Below, in pieces: positions 11,681 through 24,997 of a stretch of DNA of 64,000 nt. A program made the translations under genes and the position numbers. The notes beneath the pieces are model-generated. The model saw nothing but the letters and a program-made list of their open reading frames with translations, ran no database searches and had not been told where the DNA came from. Origin of the DNA: Octopus vulgaris (lineage: Eukaryota); the NCBI GenBank assembly GCA_951406725.2, contig OX597814.1:92132001-92196000 (forward strand). Reading direction: 5' to 3'. Position 1 is the first letter of the stretch. Each line of letters opens with the position of its first letter.

Positions 11681-11860
11681 AACGGGAAGCTTTATGAAAT
11701 TAGACAAAAGACGAAGGCAGGTGGAAAACAAACAAACAATTGTATTAGTATGGCGCTCAGGAAATATAAATAAAACAAGTCTTTAACGTTTCGAGCCTAC
11801 GCTCTTCAACAGAAAGATACACAGAGAGAAAAAAAACACACAGAAAGAAGGAGAGAAAAT
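11681..11860 (-). mobile_element. Penelope-like pLTR fragment in (TA)n
   Basis: Closely similar to 33278-33445, which is attached to a GIY-YIG C-terminus; carries a hammerhead motif. Confidence 0.7.
11780..11817 (-). ncRNA. Minimal type-I hammerhead ribozyme-like motif, variant core
   Basis: UCUUU-CUGUUGA-A-GAGC-guag-GCUC-GAAA-CG-UU-AAAGA: stem I, core, stem II and palindromic ACGU stem III. Confidence 0.7.
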
Positions 11861-11865
11861 ATATA

Positions 11866-11932
<67 letters not shown>

Positions 11933-12153
11933 GAGTGTATTCTTACCTTGTTAACAATTAACACGGAAAAAATAAATAAATAGTTACCAGGGTAGCAAAA
12001 ATGTCTTATTGACGAGTTTCGCTTTTTTCACTTTCCTGAGAAGATTGCATTGTTTATACCATTTATTCTTTTGAATAGTATCAGTGGAATTTTCGAAACA
12101 TGTCTCGAAAATAAAAATATTTGATTACACCTGCGTTAAACTCCATTTATTTA

Positions 12154-12189
<36 letters not shown>

Positions 12190-12191
<2 letters not shown>

Positions 12192-13096
12192 GAGATATGA
12201 TAATAATAAATTAATATACTATGATATATTAAATACATTATAATATACGTCGCAATACCATTTAAAACCAAAACAGCAAAACTCATAAATGAGGGCGCAA
12301 GACAGCACTTGCAATTGCTAAAAATAAGAGCTAAACATATAACTCGGATAGCCACACAAAATATCACCAACTTCATGAGATATTCAGGGACTGCGAGCGA
12401 CAAGCCACATCTTTCTTCGGCGAAATAAACTCACAAAATGAAGTAGTTTGATAAACCCTATTACGTCATTTCGAAATTTAACAATCATGATCTTGTTTCT
12501 CCTCAAAGGTTTCTATAATTGGCCCCGGCTTAAAGAGATAGTTTGCTTCCCATTTGCTCATGAATGAAAAAACCGTTGAACAGCGAGTGCTAAAATTTAA
12601 AAAAGTTCAAAGAGTATCACTCTTATTTCTAGCAATTGCAGGTGCTATTCTGCACTCTCGTTATGCATTTTGCTTTTTTGCTTTTAATTACTATAGCCGC
12701 CTATATTATAATGTATTTAATATATCATAATATGTTAATTTATTACTATCATATCTCATGGTATTTTTATATACACTTTAACCGTTTTAAATTTTAGCCT
12801 ACGTTGTTCAACGGTTTTTCTCTCACGAGCAAATAGGAAGCAAGCTATCACTTTAACCCGGAGTAAGTGGTAGAAACCCCTGAGGAGAAACAAGACCATG
12901 CTGGTTAAATTTCGAAATAACGTGATAGGGTTTTATCAAACTACTTCATTCTGTGAGTTTATCTCGCCAAAGAGACGTTGTGGCTTACCACTCACTGTCT
13001 GAGTATCTCATGAGGTTGGGGATTGTGTGTGGCTATCTGAGTTATATTTTTAGCTATCATTTCTAGCAATTGCAGGTGCAACTTTGCACCTCCATT

Positions 13097-13100
<4 letters not shown>
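12190..13100. repeat. Foldback cluster of an unclassified ~400 bp repeat (+ copy 12190-12615; partial inverted copy 12620-12760; inverted copy 12770-13100)
   Basis: Reverse-complement matches such as GCAATTGCTA.AAAT and AATGAAGTAGTTTGATAAA; a further copy at 20410-20614. Confidence 0.8.
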
Positions 13101-13139
<39 letters not shown>

Positions 13140-13234
13140 ATGTATATATGTATATGTATATATGTATATATGTATATATATATATAAAAGTATATACATA
13201 TATATATATATGTATGCATATACATGTATGTATG

Positions 13235-13286
<52 letters not shown>

Positions 13287-14149
13287 CTATATACATGCAT
13301 ATGCATGTATGTGTGTTTGTATGTATATATGTGTATGTATCTGTGCATATATACTAATTTTGTCTGTTCATAATGGAGTAGCAACACCTTTAAAGAGAGC
13401 GGAAAGAAATAGAAATGGGATGTAGAGTGGGAGTAAATATCTGTGAATCACTGCTCTAACCTCATTTTGCTAGTTACAGTTTATACGTGACCACTTATAT
13501 TGGAACTGAAAGATGCTGTTTATGAGCATATTCTATTTTAAGAAGTGTCTTCTACAGCTACGTAAATAGTAAATGTTTACTTCATATTACCCATTTTTAA
13601 TCTATTTAGAACTGAAATATTTCCTACTTTAGAAACGACCGGTTGACATGCTTCTTCTTGGATTTTAGATTTTGTACTTTTAACAACAAAGTATAAACAT
13701 CATACCTCACACAATGCATACAGCCGAGACACAATACAAGATAAATAACCAGGGAAAAACTCTAACGGATAGCTAAGACGAAATTCATTACATGAAACTA
13801 TGGGTATGAACTGCTGACTAAGCAGTTAACAATAGATTCCATTTACACTCAAGAAAACCAAAAATTTATCACTTTCATAAAACACCTTTAAAATAGTTAC
13901 AAAATATTTGTAGGCGTCAACAAGTTTTAATTGAATAATATAATAAAAGTAAATGAAACGTAACTTATACGGTAGACTATTTTTTATCATTATCTTTCAT
14001 ACGATAATACGTTCCAATAGTTATTTGCTATGTTTTCTTCTAAATGTAATACTTTTTGTTGATACACTTGAAGGCAAATTACAAACATTCTTCACAATTT
14101 CAATTACATTCCTTCTTTGGGTAACTACATTTAGGATCTGTTTGAAATG

Positions 14150-14950
14150 ATTAAAAGTACAGTAACTATATTACTGTTTTAAATGATTCATTAGATATTT
14201 TATTAATTTCTTTTTGTGTGTGAAGAAAACAATTCTAGAACACTTGTGCTGATGTTGAATTTCTTCCTCCAAGCATTTTCTTGTGGAATTTCAATGATTG
14301 TGAAATCCCTGTGATACTGAAGTCAGTAACTGGAATTTATCCGCAAAATACCTTTCTTTGTTTAGATGGCTGTCAAATTATCAAATCAATACTAAAACTT
14401 TCACCCATGAGCTCTTCTCCCCGTGCTTTAGAGACAACATTAGGGCTACGCAACCTTTCTTCTATATAAAACGGAAATTCGTTTTGAATTTCTGTGCGAA
14501 AGCCACCTACACGAATATAATTAAAACATGCCATCTTCTATGGAGGTTGACTTCATATGTTTATATAATATTTATATACTTTTGAATGTTTGTATAGATA
14601 TGACGTTTTGATCAGTCTGAAAATTACTCTTCATTCATATAGCCTAAACTGACTACAACCATAAACTGCACCCTCTCTTGTCATAATTTGAACTTCTATG
14701 TATTATGGATATTTCCTCATATTTAAGATATCTGCCTTATACAATAAATATTGTATAGTTTTAAATTACCTCCTCTCCAAACGCTATTGCTTGTAGAGAT
14801 TTACATGTAGAATGTGTTGGAGTTTTATGATGTTATAGCGTGTTTCGACAGAATCTGGTTGAAATTTATTGCAACATCAACATATATATAACCCATAACA
14901 TTCTCTTTCCTTGCCGACAACGATCTGCAGTTTATGTATAATTTGTTTAT
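14150..14950 (-). pseudogene. Possible very old LINE apurinic-endonuclease remnant
   Basis: LYINCRSLSARK...DVAI and later SIDLII resemble APE motifs; heavily disrupted. Confidence 0.3.
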
Positions 14951-15484
14951 AGGTTTATGCCACAAATATGAATTAATATTCCGGTCTAACATTGAATTAT
15001 ACTTCTTCTTTATCAGAACCTTGCTAAACTTTACAACAATACACGGACTCGTAATAATTTCGCACATTTATCTCTACTGCTGTAATTAATAATTCCTGTC
15101 TAAATTTAATTTTGTATGTGAAATTAATGAAGATCAGCATTTATTAACTCTAAAAATATACATAGAGAGGGAAATTTATGAGGTTTTAACAATTTCCCAG
15201 GTCTTCTCGAAGCAGTACAGTAGGATCGGATTCAATACCAAACCCTTGCAAGAGGGTCTTCATGGTGACACAACCGTTCTTATGACTATATAGAATGTTA
15301 TTAACAAAAGAATAAACTAAATAAAATTTGAGCTTTCAGAAAAAATGGTGTTTTTTCTTTTCCGTAAAGGTAACTTTTGCCAATGACTAAATTCCAACTA
15401 TGGTGCCTATCTCCGTATTCAAATACACACATACACGCACTTGCACTCGCACATGCACACACTCACACACACATACACTCACAC

Positions 15485-15721
15485 ACATACATACATACAT
15501 ACATACATACATACATACATACATACATACATACACATACATACATTCATACATACATACATACATGCATACATATATACATACATACATACATTCATAC
15601 ATACATACATTCATACATGCATACATATATACATACATACATATATACATACATACATACATACACACATATATACATACATACACACATACATACATAC
15701 ATACATACATACATACATACA

Positions 15722-15755
<34 letters not shown>

Positions 15756-15783
15756 CATACATACATACAAGCATACATACATA
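15485..15783. repeat. (CATA)n microsatellite
   Basis: Seen directly. Similar tracts at 48000-48073, 49028-49093, 52003-52085 and 58472-58552. Confidence 0.95.
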
Positions 15784-15974
15784 CGTATTTTGTTATTGCT
15801 TTAGATGTTTCCGTCATTTGACACTGCCTATCCTGGGGCAGCGCCTTTTGGGGATTTTAGTCGAAGAAATCACCTCAGGGTTTATTCTCTGTAAGCCTGT
15901 TACGTATTCTATTGGTCTCTTTTGCCGAACCGCTAATTTACGGGAGGTTTAATATATATATATATATATATAAC

Positions 15975-16530
15975 ATTACGTTATATAATTAGGTTTCAGT
16001 AAAATAATTTACTTTACCACACACCGAACTTTTAGAAATAGCAGCCAAAAATCTTAGCTATTTCTTCTACCATAAGAAAAATCTCCCAGACAATGTATAC
16101 TCAAAAATAATTCACGCAGATATAGAGGGAAAAATAACGAAAGATCACACCTACATAAGATTACTTGAGGACGACCGTTTCTGGATTAGTTGAATATAAA
16201 GATCAACATTTCCTTCGTCAGCTCAAAGATTTCTTTAGATTTGGATTTGAGAGCACTAAAAATCGAACATACCCGTCTGATATGAGTATTCCCAGACAAA
16301 CCATCTTCGACCGCTAGTACTAACGAATTCAAAAAGTACAAATGATGCTTTGCATTCTTCTCCTTCCACCCACATGATGTTATAGAGCAACAAATTCCTA
16401 CAGAGAGAACTGTAGTTTAATATCAGGGAGAGAGAATTATATTATCAATAACAAAGGGTAAAATTAATTAATTATTAATTAATTTTACCAAGTAGTGTTC
16501 AGTATGTAAAAAGACCATTTACGGTATATT
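15975..16530 (-). mobile_element. Probable Penelope-like pLTR (non-coding) next to (TA)n
   Basis: Contains a canonical-core hammerhead and abuts a TA tract like the other PLE ends in the window. Confidence 0.5.
16165..16226 (-). ncRNA. Type-I hammerhead ribozyme motif, canonical core
   Basis: UUGAG-CUGACGA-A-GGA..GUUGA(loop)UCAAC..UCC-A-GAAA-CGGUCG-UC-CUCAA; predicted GUC cleavage triplet. Confidence 0.8.
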
Positions 16531-19083
16531 TAAAACATATATTTATATATTCCTAATACGGTCACTTGTTCTTGCCGAATTGGGTCTTCAACAAAGCTGG
16601 TATTCATCTGTTCATCTGTCTGTTGATGCTCATGGGAAAATGCGAGTGGAGACCAAATTATTACATATCTATGTTGAAAGAATGAAATCTTTTTTGTTAC
16701 CTTTGACACAGTGATGCCTAACGTTGAATAGACAGTGCGCCGAGGAGTCTTTGTATGTATTCCTCTAATTTAGAACAAAATCAATTATAATTAAAAGAAT
16801 CGGAGAACGGAGGGCATAAAAGCAAATTATAAGGTGTTTATAAGTGAATCCTTGTCAATTAATAGATTGCTATATGGGCTGTAAGATACTCGTGTTTCGA
16901 AACATCATATTCCCAGATGCATGAGCATCTGTGCAAGGTAACCATTTCGAAAGAGATGATGTTAAAACTTAGGTAAATAATTTATTTTCTATTAAACATA
17001 ACTAATCCGTGAACTTTTTGATACCACCCCGTATGAGTCTTGTTTGCACTATGTAGACGTTTAGAAGAATGATATTCGATGTTTATGAAAAGGAAACGTC
17101 GTCGTATCTCCATTGCAGGATGTTCTCCATTGTTTCCGGTTACTAAAGTACAAGTGTAACATAATTTAATTTGACTCTGCAACGCTGTGTTCACTTCTCA
17201 AGATGTATATTCCCTTTCACACTATCAACTTCCAGCACTCGTAATATTGTGATTGTAGTACAGACAGCCATTAACAAAATTTTCGAGAATCTTTAGTCCC
17301 TGCCGACTTTGGTGAAAGTATTTTTGTTGGTGACATATTTAAATATGTCACTAACCAGTGGATTTTTGCCCTAACTATATATTGTATCATTAGGTACATG
17401 CGCAAAGCTTTCCTGCGACACGGATAGACAAGTATCCTCACAAAAGTATCTATCTGCGTGCCCTATCAGTCTCTAATCTCTTATATCACTATCTATTTTA
17501 CAGATCGCAATATTGCAGTCTTTGCTAATGGTGCTCTCTCTGCTCCACACTCTAAAAGACTGATGTGGCCCAGGATCCACAGTATTCCGCTTTATATTAA
17601 CCATTTACGCACTGTCTCTTTCAATGCCATTTAATCTTAAGTGTATTATATTAAACTCATGTTCTTCATTCAAGCATCAGTTCTCGCAACCTTGACGTTT
17701 TCTACCAAGTGAACACTGACTTCATATACAGAGACAGCGGAAAAAACTTCGAATAATTTTATGCCACTTTAGTTTCTTTCAATAACTATGCAACACATTT
17801 CACTTCATCTCGCCCTCTTGGAAAATAAGTAGCACGCAACTACAGCACACATCAAAGTTTCAAATTCTACTCCTCACTCTAACTGAGGATCCCACCTAAC
17901 AAACGCATTTCGTTGAAAAAACTTTTAATGGGGTATTACTCTTACATCTGGATTCGTGATGCGTCCACTACGTGGAATAATATGAAGTCACTTGCAGAGA
18001 CGTCCCAGCCCCTATTTTAAAGATTTTGGTCCTGTGCCACTTACACGTAAGCACTTTCTTTTCATAAGAATCTCCTATTATCACTAAAGTTGTTTCCAAC
18101 CACCATCCAGGACCTACTCTAATCACTATACTCAGATTTTTCTCCCTAGAGTTGTAGTTATCTGGAATTCTTTCCATGAACTTGAAGCATCTAATATAGA
18201 AAATATTTAGACTCTACACATATTGACTTCACACATACTGACTTTATATATACTGACGCACACACACACACACACACATATACATATATTCAAGCACAAA
18301 CACAGATACATATATAGGCTTACATACTCACACATCACACACACCCGCATATACAGAGAGAAAGGAAAAGAGAGAGAAAACACATTTAGGAAAAAAAAAC
18401 CTGTTTAGGAAGCAAATAAAAAATAATTCAATGCACTATTCGAAATGTTAGAAATCAAGTTTCCCTCAGAAAATATACTGTTTAAAAAAATAAAACGACA
18501 GGAAAAATGTATCCCAAGATATAAAACAGATGAGACATTCACAGCTGGAATAAATGTGATCATATCTTCACTCCATCAGAAACAACCTTAACATATGTTC
18601 ATGGCTAAAGTTAAAAACAGAATAGTTTGGTGTCCATAATTCCATACAGTTAGTCGCTTACCGTTTAGGTTTGTATATTACAGTGAATTCTGTGCTAAGA
18701 CCCACATCTTATAGACAAATATTTTGCCAGTGAAGAATGTCGTCAATCAAACATTATGGTTATCGACCTTAAACCGTGAAAGCAATTTCTTTTGTGATTA
18801 CAATGTTAGCGAACGAAAATAAAATGTACATGGACGTGTTTAAACACGTAAATATCTAGATACACACAAAGCTAGTAAATTATAACGTTGTCGGAAACAA
18901 AGATCCTATTTGCTTAATAACTAAGGCCTTCATAAATATATCAAATTTCAAATTTATTGTTTTCACTTCTGCACAAAATCTCATAGATGTGTTTCGATTG
19001 TATGGGTTTGTAAAATTTCTCACTCTGTTTCACACTCTTCTAGATTACATTATTTTACACATTACATTATTTTCCTCTCACCC

Positions 19084-19170
<87 letters not shown>

Positions 19171-19361
19171 GTGTGTGTGTGTATGCGTGCGTGTGTGTAT
19201 GTGTGTGTGTGTGTGTGTGTGTGTATGCGCGCGTGTGTGTGTGTTTGTGTGTGTGTGCGCGCGCGTACATACATATGCACAAGAATGCGATGGTTAAATT
19301 GTCGCCATTTGAAATATTTTCATTTCGCACATGTGCATTGTATGTTTTTGATTTTGTCGAC

Positions 19362-19588
19362 TTGAGCTGGCAGAATTGTTAGCACGCCGGGCGAAATGCG
19401 TAGCCGTATTTCGTCTGTCGTTACGATCCGAGTTCAAATTCCGCCGAGGTCGACTTTGTCTTTCAGCCTTTCGAGGTCGATAAATAAAGTACCAGTTTCG
19501 CACTGGGGTCGATGTAATCGACTCAATCCCTTTGTCTGTCCTTGTTTGTCCCCTCTGTGTGTAGCCCCTTGTGGGTAGTAAAGAAATA
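19362..19588 (+). mobile_element. SINE (octopus-type), well preserved
   Basis: GAGCTGGCAGAATTGTTAGCACGCCGGGCGAAATGC...GAGTTCAAATTCCGCC (B-box)...GTAAAGAAATA; inverted copy at 41446-41678. Confidence 0.85.
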
Positions 19589-19955
19589 TATACAGTATAG
19601 TAGTGTCAGTTGAGCACCTTCTGTGAGAAGAAAAAGCACTATAACGCAATACACTCTGCCAGAAATTTGGAAACGACATGCTGTACTGCTTGGCCTTCGC
19701 GCCGGAAGCTCCAATACGAACAGATGGTGAACAGCCAGAACAACCATTGGCTTGCCGTGTCCCCAAAACATCTACCGAGATTCACAGTGATTCACAGATA
19801 TTTACTTCCAATCTACATCCCATTTCGATTCCCTTCCGCGCTCTCTAAAGGTGATGTTGCTCCATTATGAACAGACAGAATTAGTATATATGCACGGATG
19901 CATACACATATATACATACAATCACACATACATGCATGTGCATGTATATAATATG

Positions 19956-20027
<72 letters not shown>

Positions 20028-20030
<3 letters not shown>

Positions 20031-20233
20031 CACTTTGATCACTTTGACCGACCAGTCCGTCAGGCGTCCATTTGATACCGCTGGTCACAGCACACTGTCC
20101 ACTCCTCTCTGGATCGCGCCTTTCTCATCCACGTGATCCCAATCGTCCTCTTGAAATCGTCACTCCACCGTCGTGGAGGTCTTCCGGGTGGTCTTTTCCG
20201 CTCACGCGGGTACCACTCGACAACTGCGTGCGT

Positions 20234-20239
<6 letters not shown>
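20028..20239 (-). mobile_element. RTE-clade LINE 3' fragment
   Basis: [28 protein letters not shown]...SREEW, with a short tandem tail (CAAAGTGAT)x2; inserted in (TA)n. Confidence 0.85.
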
Positions 20240-20280
<41 letters not shown>

Positions 20281-20346
20281 CATACATACACAAATATATA
20301 CATTTATATATATATACATATATACATATATACATATACATATGCA

Positions 20347-20412
<66 letters not shown>

Positions 20413-20609
20413 AATGGAGGTGCAAAGTTGCACCTGCAATTGCTAGAAATGATAGCTAAAAATATAACTCGGATAGCCACACACAATCCCCAACCTCATG
20501 AGATACTCAGACAGTGAGTGGTAAGCCACAACGTCTCTTTGGCGAGATAAACTCACAGAATGAAGTAGTTTGATAAAACCCTATCACGTGATTTCGAAAT
20601 TTAACCAGC

Positions 20610-20966
20610 ATGGTGTTTGGAGCGATCGCTAGTGATACCGACGCTGTGCCTTCATCCATCTTTCCCCACCGCTTCAGAATCAACACGGAAGCCTACATCA
20701 AGTGCCTCGAATAGGTAGTACTGCCCTGGGTGAAGTGGTTGGCTGCTGGAAAACCCCACATCTGGCAACAGGACTCTGCACCATGCTATAAACACAGGAG
20801 AACCCAGTCGTAGCTTTCAAACAATTTCTGCGACCACATCACTCGTAACATCTGGTCACCTAACTCTCCAGACTGCAACCTCCTTGATTATTATGTGCGT
20901 GGTGCAGTTGAGTGAGAGACCAACAAATCTCTTTATAAAGCCAAAGATGAATTGAAGGCAAGGATG
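20610..20966 (+). pseudogene. Tc1/mariner DD37D (maT-type) transposase fragment
   Basis: MVFGAI...WQQDSAPC...WSPNSPDCNLLDYY with 37 residues between the second and third catalytic D; in-frame stops. Confidence 0.8.
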
Positions 20967-21049
20967 CTTAGTGGTGTGTATGAGGGCGTGAGAGATGTGT
21001 ATGGGGGAATGATTCTGCCTCACTAAGACCCCAAAGGCAGGGTCTTAGT

Positions 21050-21630
21050 GAGGCAGAAAGGAGGCGACTAGATATGTTTACGATGGGTTGTTTGAGGCTA
21101 ATGGTTGGTGTGACGCGGATGGACAGGATAAGGAGTGAGAAGGGGCAAAGGCAAGCAGGGGTAAGAGAAAATCTATGTACCAGGATGAATAGACGAATGT
21201 TGGGGTGGTTTGGCCAGATGAAAAGGATAGATGAGGAGCGGATGGTAAAGAGGGTGATGAGGGCTGAGGTGGTGGGTAGCATAACGAGAGGCAGACTTCT
21301 GTTTGTGTGGATGGATGGAATGAGGAAAGCTTTGGTAGTTAGAGGTGTTGGAGTGAGAGAGACAAGAGAGTTTACTAACGATTGGAAAGCTTGGAGAGTG
21401 TTTGTGGAAGGATGAAGGATGAGTATATTGATGTTGCTCAGAGGAGTAAGGAACCAGTATGATGCGGCAGGGATAAACAAGCATGTACTGTTGGGCCCCG
21501 CTACTGATATCGGGGGTTGCTTTCTATGCCTTGATCCAATCATAGGACGGGGCTCGCCTTTTTGAGCTGGGAAATGAATGGAATGCCTACTGTGTGTCTT
21601 GTTGTGTCTACCCTCTCCTATGGTGAATTC
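21050..21630 (+). mobile_element. RTE-clade LINE 3' fragment
   Basis: RRRLDMFTMGCLR..GVTRMDRIRS...LGWFGQMKR..EERMVKRV...RGR...WMD...W, followed by a 3' UTR. Confidence 0.8.
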
Positions 21631-21665
21631 AGGCATTGGTATATAAAAAATGCATATATTTATAC

Positions 21666-21760
<95 letters not shown>

Positions 21761-22015
21761 GAAGATGCCTGTGCGTTTCTGTGTGCGAGTATACATATTA
21801 GGAAAGATTTGGTTATTCACATAGTTACCTACGAAATAGATAGATCAGACAATGTGATTGAACAGACGATGTATATCTGATAAATCAGTAACAATTGAAT
21901 AATTGCTATCTATCTCACAATGCTAAAACATTACTTTATCTCTTAAATCAGTCGCTGTTCTTTTGAAAGTCTTATTTGCATACGTCTATACATAATTATA
22001 TGAGTGCATGTGTGA

Positions 22016-22051
<36 letters not shown>

Positions 22052-22056
<5 letters not shown>

Positions 22057-22265
22057 TAATCCAAACAAGAAAGCACAAAAAAACACAACAACGCGAGGAC
22101 GTGGAACAAATATAGTATTATTGGACGCTCAGGAAAGAAGGAAAGAAGGAGGGTTTTATCGTTTCGAGCGGAGCTCTTCGTCGGAAACATAGGAGAAGGA
22201 AAGATCCAGAGAAGGGAAAACAGAGGAAAAAAATCGCCAACGGTACACACGCGGTCACATTTTGA
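22052..22265 (-). mobile_element. Penelope-like pLTR fragment in (TA)n, related to the 11681/33278 family
   Basis: Shares GTATTA.T.GG.CGCTCAGGAA and the GAGC/GCTC-GAAACG hammerhead block. Confidence 0.6.
22153..22188 (-). ncRNA. Minimal hammerhead-like motif (CCGACGA core; cleavage site apparently mutated)
   Basis: GUUU-CCGACGA-A-GAGC-ucc-GCUC-GAAA-CG-AU-AAAAC. Confidence 0.55.
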
Positions 22266-22776
22266 ATATATATATATGCTTTTGTGTATACACACACGCA
22301 CCCACACCCAATAAGGCAAACAATTGGCAAAATTGTTAGAGCTTCGTGTGTCGAATCAATTGCTTTCCAGTAGTCATTGTGAGCTGCGCTCTGACTTTAT
22401 ATGTAACTAGTATCAACTTCGTCTCTAATCTTTTGTGGGTATAGGTAAGTAACTCACCGGACTTGTATTAGCATCACGAATAAATTCTCCCTATTTCCTA
22501 ACTCTTATAACATCTCATGTCGGTATTACCTACATAAATCGCTGTGTTCGAGCAAGGAAAATGGTTAAAAGTGTACCCGACACAACATATATCATCGGAA
22601 AACGTTTTCTAGTACTTTATCAAGAGGTTAAGAGACCAAAGAAAGGTGTCATAAACACACACATACACACATACAAACACACACACACACACGCACACAC
22701 ACATAGACACATACGCATGCACACACTCATACACATTCTCTGTCTCTCTCTCTTTAAATGATGTGTATATACATAC

Positions 22777-22828
<52 letters not shown>

Positions 22829-22833
22829 GCATG

Positions 22834-22868
<35 letters not shown>

Positions 22869-22947
22869 ATATAAATGGTAAAACAACAAAAAAATGAAAG
22901 AGACCTCGATATTATGTAAATAGAGGAATTTATCTGTATACAGATAA

Positions 22948-22992
<45 letters not shown>

Positions 22993-22994
22993 TT

Positions 22995-23107
<113 letters not shown>

Positions 23108-23750
23108 CAAGTGACATCAAAATGAATTATGGGGAATAATATATCTTCAGAGTTTATTTATAATAGCATTTTACTCATATTACTTTCAGATACGTATTCC
23201 TGTTGGGTAAGTTTCTTGGTGTCCTATAATATAATAGTTTTGTGAATTTAATCGGTTTCACGTTTAGATTGAATCACTTGTTGTACACGTTGCCATCCAA
23301 AGGTAGACTTTCCTCTACAGTTTTATTCCAGAGATGTTACCTATATTGGTGAGTGAAGTGAACTGAAGTTCCGCAAGCAAACCTACTAAGTTGCTTTTAC
23401 AGTTATATTTTTTTTTATATAGACATTTACACAACAGAAACACGTGTCGGAATATAATATGAAGAAAATACTTTTATATATAAATTTTGAAGATGCATTA
23501 TTCTCCATTCTGTATTTCGATGTCGTTGTTATACAACAAATTCATTGAAGCAATTGTAATTGTCTATCTGAAGGGATTCTGAATGTTTCATTTCTTTCGA
23601 TGCGATTAGCCAAATCTGGATTTCATCAGAGCGCTAAAAAGGTATCTGCTCAGATTTCAAGGAATCAATACGTTTATGTTACATACACACGCACACACAA
23701 ACACACACACATTTACATACACACACATATGAACACACACACACACACAC

Positions 23751-23819
<69 letters not shown>

Positions 23820-23844
23820 CACGCAGACATACACACACACTTAT

Positions 23845-24913
23845 CGAGTGTTGCCAAAAAATGTATTCGTAATTCAATTTTTATTTCTCTTTAGATTAAC
23901 TCATTAGAAACAATGAAAAAGGCTAGACCAAGCACTAGACATAATAAATCTGTGCTAAAGAGCCCCACAACGCCTGAAAATGTATTAGAAACATTACTAG
24001 AGTTCCAAACAATCTGTGCAGTAGAAACGTCTTTTGCTAAGCATTTTAAGATCAGGTGCCATTCGCATTTTGAAGCGTGGTCTTTGGAAAATTTAGATTC
24101 CAAGAATAGTGCGTGCTCTCAATGAAGGTGATCCTGACCGAAGAGTGTAGTTGCTGCGTGTGGCAAGATGTGTGGAAGATGTACACTTTCTCACAGATAT
24201 CATCTGAAGTGACGAAAGTACATTTAAATTAAATGGCTCAATTATCTACCACAATTCCATTGACTGGGTACATGAGAATCTGCATACGACGGAAGAACAA
24301 AATGTTAATTCACCAGGAGTTGCAGTATGGTGTGGTTTATCATCAAAAGAAGGATTAAGTTTATCACTTTGACAGATCTCATTTACTTAAACTTGCTGAG
24401 ACAATCTGTCAGGACAAGTGTATAGGAGGAATTTGTTTTATGATGTAGCGGTCTATCTTCAACATAATGAGGCACTACTGCTAGGATTTCAAATCACTAT
24501 GCCTTTACGTTATACACACGCGTGGGCTAACATGATAAAGATGAGATTTTTGCAAAAAGGTAGAATGGAGAAGCTGTTCAGCAGAATACTCTATGCTTTG
24601 ATCGGACCTCACACCACTAGACATTTTATGGAGATACTTGAAAGATAAATTTCATTTTTCAAATCTAGCAACAGTCAACCAATGTAGGGTAACTATGTAA
24701 GAAGAATATGCACAAATACGGTACAAAATGTTTCTTCACGTTTGCCATTCCATTGCTTTGCGTTCTCAGTTTGAACAATCATCAGTTTGAAAACGGGTTC
24801 AAGGAAAAAATTAAACTTTGTTAATAAATTCTATAATTTTTTGAAATTGTAATGTATTTTAAATGATACAATCTTTTTAGACATTTGGGTGCATACATTT
24901 TTGGAATACCTTG

Positions 24914-24915
<2 letters not shown>
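23845..24915 (+). mobile_element. Degenerate Tc1/mariner-superfamily transposon (rosa/DD41D-like)
   Basis: ALNEGDPDRRV, *SDESTFKLNGSIIYHN..W..ENLH, VAVWCGLS, SDLTPLD..W.YLKD; weak inverted ends (CCAAAAA(A)TGTAT / ATACATTTTTGG). Confidence 0.7.
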
Positions 24916-24997
<82 letters not shown>

